NCBI RefSeq assembly: GCF_009914755.1
Contig: NC_060930.1
Direction: 5' to 3' (one strand)
Origin: the human T2T-CHM13v2.0 reference genome, Homo sapiens
Length of the DNA: 64,000 bases
The notes beneath the pieces are model-generated. The model saw only the letters and a list, made by a program, of their open reading frames with translations, was not told where the DNA came from and ran no database searches. Positions 61,190 to 64,000 of this stretch are shown here, one piece after another. The position numbers were made by a program, and so were the translations under genes. Every line of letters begins with the position of its first letter. Positions within the stretch are counted from its first letter, which is position 1.

Positions 61190-61386
61190 TTTCGGGTAGC
61201 TGTATTTTACAGTTTATCATAAAGAATTGCTGCAAAATGGTGTTTTAAGTATTACCGGAAATTTCCAAGTAAAGTTGTGGTTAAGGATTCCTGGGAATTG
61301 GAATTGACCTTTTTTCTATACCCAAAGTAGCTTTGATGACAATGTGCTTTGATGGAGAAACAGGAATTCAAATGTTGTAAATATTC
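61190..61386 (-). other. EYS: EYS 5'UTR part of the first coding exon (197 nt)
   Basis: Acceptor ttttttctgtttaaag|GAATAT at 61387/61386; the 197-nt offset agrees with my recollection of the EYS exon 4 start (c.-197). Confidence 0.85.
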
Positions 61387-61637
61387 CTTTAAACAGAAAA
61401 AAACATATATTGTTAGTGAAGTTTTCCCTAAATTAATAATATAGAAAATGCTAGCTCTTTTTGTGGATTTCATAAGAGCCTACACTGCAAAGATAGTGTC
61501 ACCAGCAGCTGGGGACCTTCTTTGGGAAAGAAGGCCAAGAAAAACATGATCAAGATATGTTGATCTGGTCAAGCTTTATATAGTCACCTGATTCTGAAAA
61601 GTTCTGGTTTCATGACATAATTAAGCCAGCAACTTAC

Positions 61638-61772
61638 TGCGGTCTTTTGTGTTTTCTCTTTACACCAAGCTTCAATCTAATCAAAACACAGCACAGCCAA
61701 GATTCTTTTACAGATGGTTTCAATTTTCTTGGGAGATAAGCATTCCTCTTCTGATTAGTTTTCAAAAAACAC
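61638..61772 (-). other. EYS: EYS non-coding 5'UTR exon (135 nt)
   Basis: Acceptor ctcttctacgttttaaag|GTG and donor GCA|gtaagt; a 251-nt intron separates it from the next exon. Confidence 0.8.
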
Positions 61773-62149
61773 CTTTAAAACGTAGAAGAGTAAACACCAT
61801 TTAAACATATTTTTCATGTAATATTTTATATAAAAATAAGCCTTAAAATAACTCATAGTGATAATCATGTTCCTTTTATGATAATCCAGAGGATGGGAAC
61901 TCCCATATATATGAAAATTCTGTTGTGCAAATGACTAACCTAGAATGAGTCTTCTGTAGGAATGGTGGAAGGTGCCAGATAAAGAGGGAAAAGAAAGTCA
62001 AAAAGCAGTAATGAAAAGATTATAAATATAAGTAAATAAAGTAAAAATAAATATAAGTTAAATGGTAGTAACTGAAAGGAGGGGTCAGCCCATCAATTCT
62101 GTTGTTCCAGAGGGCAAGAAAACATAAAGGATTTCTGAGTTTAATATAT

Positions 62150-62575
62150 TGACCTATTTTTTTTTAAAAGGTAACTACCAATTATTGAAGGTTTTCTCTG
62201 TACAAATCACTCTACTACTTGATTAACAAATAAACTGCAATCCTCACAATTAAACTCAAATTTTGAGAGGAAAGGTAAATGATGTTAGTGAAAAAAACGT
62301 GTTCTTTGGATCTCAGTTATGTTATTCATTTGTTTAATGTCCTTAGGCAACCTGAGATTTAATTCTCTCCACTTTCAAATAGGTACACCAGGGAGAAGTA
62401 CACCTAATTAACAAGGTAGTATTGAAGATGGAATGACTACGTAAACATATATGAGTCACTCAATAAATAGTAGCTTTTATTTTTGTTATTGTACAATTTC
62501 ATCCAGCAGGTAAGTGGTATATGTTGGATTAAAATTCAGGTTTGTCAGATTCAAAATATCGGCATTTTCTACTGT
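62150..62575. mobile_element. MIR fragments
   Basis: aatcctcacaat, gtccttaggcaa and gagtcactcaataaatagtagc. Confidence 0.5.
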
Positions 62576-62929
62576 ACTATAAAGATCAATTAAATGTTGT
62601 TAAAATACATTATGGTATGCCATTATATAATTTATTTGTTAATTCATATCAAATCTTTATGGTAAGTCTAACATTTTAATGGGTATTTTAGATCAGGCAG
62701 AAATCAAATTTGAATTATAAATTACCTCTTTGCAATTTCAGTTCTACATATTATAAATCTATGAAATATAAATTCATGTGACAAATAACACAAATATGCA
62801 TATAGAAAGATAAAATACAACTTCTACATAATTCAATGTTCTACATAATCATGTCAATTTCAAATATATTAATCACCTTGTTAATTTTATAGATTTAAAT
62901 TATCAATCTTGCTAAAGGTTTAAAAAATA

Positions 62930-63990
62930 ATTCAAACAAGTAAATTTGAGCTCAATCTATGTGCAAGGCAATATGCTCAGTACCAGGATTCATCAATAAT
63001 CAGTTGGAATAGGGTATCAATGGAAGGAATTAAGAACTCAATGAAGGAGACAGATCATTAGACAAGGAACATCATCAAATTGCTATCAACAAAATAGTCT
63101 AACAGTCTGAGACATGTAGCAAGGACATTTAGTCCAATCCAGGAAACAAAATCTAAGCTAAAATGATAAAACGGAATCACCTGGGAAAATTGCCAAAGGA
63201 AAAATGTTCCAGGAGAGAGCATCTACATCTAAAGATTTTGAGGTGAATGTGACACTGGATGCCTTTAAGGAAGTAAGAGAAGTGGAGCTTTCTCATCAAA
63301 GAGGGAAAAGGAATTACAATTAAAGATAAGCACTCCATTTAGGAAGAGATTATATCAAGAAGGAGCAGCCATTCTCAGTAAAGGAGCTCATATTTTATTC
63401 GAGAGCAATGAAGAGCCTCTTGAAGATTTCACATGGATGATTAACAAAATAAATAAATAAATAAATCCTCACTTAACTTTGTCCATAGGTTCTTGGAAAC
63501 TGCGACTTCAAGCAAAACAACATATGACAAAATCAATTTTGTTCTCTCTTCAATGTTTTAATGAAAAGACAGAGAAGGAAAAGATGTTGAGGACCAACAT
63601 GTTGTGTCGTTTTGCTTAAAGTCACAATTTTGAAGAACCTGTCAACTACATTGAGAACTCACTATAATTTAATAGCATTAGTCTAGTTTCAAGGTGAGGA
63701 ACATATTGGTGAGTGCAATTAAAAGAATTGAGACACTTGTGGAGGAGAAAACAACACTAATGTAGTGAAACAATAATGAAGACTAATTAGTACAGAGGCA
63801 ATACAAATATAACACTCGTGAAGTCCATAAATATTGAAATGGTAGAATTACTACATCTCCAAGGCTGTTGGCCTAAAGAAAGAGAAGAAAATCCAGGAAG
63901 ACCAGTTGGAGCAGTAAGACGGCAAGGAAGAGGGGAGAAGTCTGATTCACTTGTGCATACGCTCAGTTTAAGGTCTATCTGAGTGATTTT
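62930..63990 (-). mobile_element. L2 fragment interrupted by a Tigger-type MITE
   Basis: aacaagtaaatttgagctcaatctatgtgcaaggca and gagagcaatgaagagcctcttgaagattt. Confidence 0.6.
63462..63665. mobile_element. MER46C/Tigger4-family MITE
   Basis: cctcacttaac...ataggttcttggaaactgcgactt...aaagtcacaattttgaagaacct has inverted arms. Confidence 0.75.
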
Positions 63991-64000
63991 CTAGCACAAG

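Overview
Human-type, AT-rich genomic DNA from the 5' part of EYS (eyes shut homolog, RP25), transcribed on the minus strand. Three exons are visible: a non-coding exon (61772-61638, 135 nt), the first coding exon (61386-60442; ATG at 61189; signal peptide, an unannotated N-terminal region and about two EGF repeats) and a 114-nt single-EGF exon (56482-56369) that the ORF track misses. These match exons 3, 4 and 5 in the usual numbering, which I recall rather than derive. Positions 1-56368 are one giant intron full of Alu, L1, L2, MIR, LTR and DNA-transposon relics, and nearly all other ORFs in the track are repeat-derived. There is no prokaryote-style system here. The most notable observations: (1) EYS residues ~39-170 follow an ephrin/phytocyanin (cupredoxin-fold) pattern; (2) an Alu carries 82 bp of extra 3' sequence inside its target-site duplication; (3) two L1s have twin-priming 5' inversions; (4) a hAT transposase fossil with nested Alu and L1 ends close to exon 5; (5) there is a perfect 122-bp tandem duplication and a direct-inverted-direct micro-triplication; (6) MER85 and MADE1 MITEs lie 3.1 kb apart; (7) an out-of-frame uORF overlaps the EYS start codon. 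Repeat subfamily names come from recalled consensus sequences, and boundaries of old repeats are approximate.
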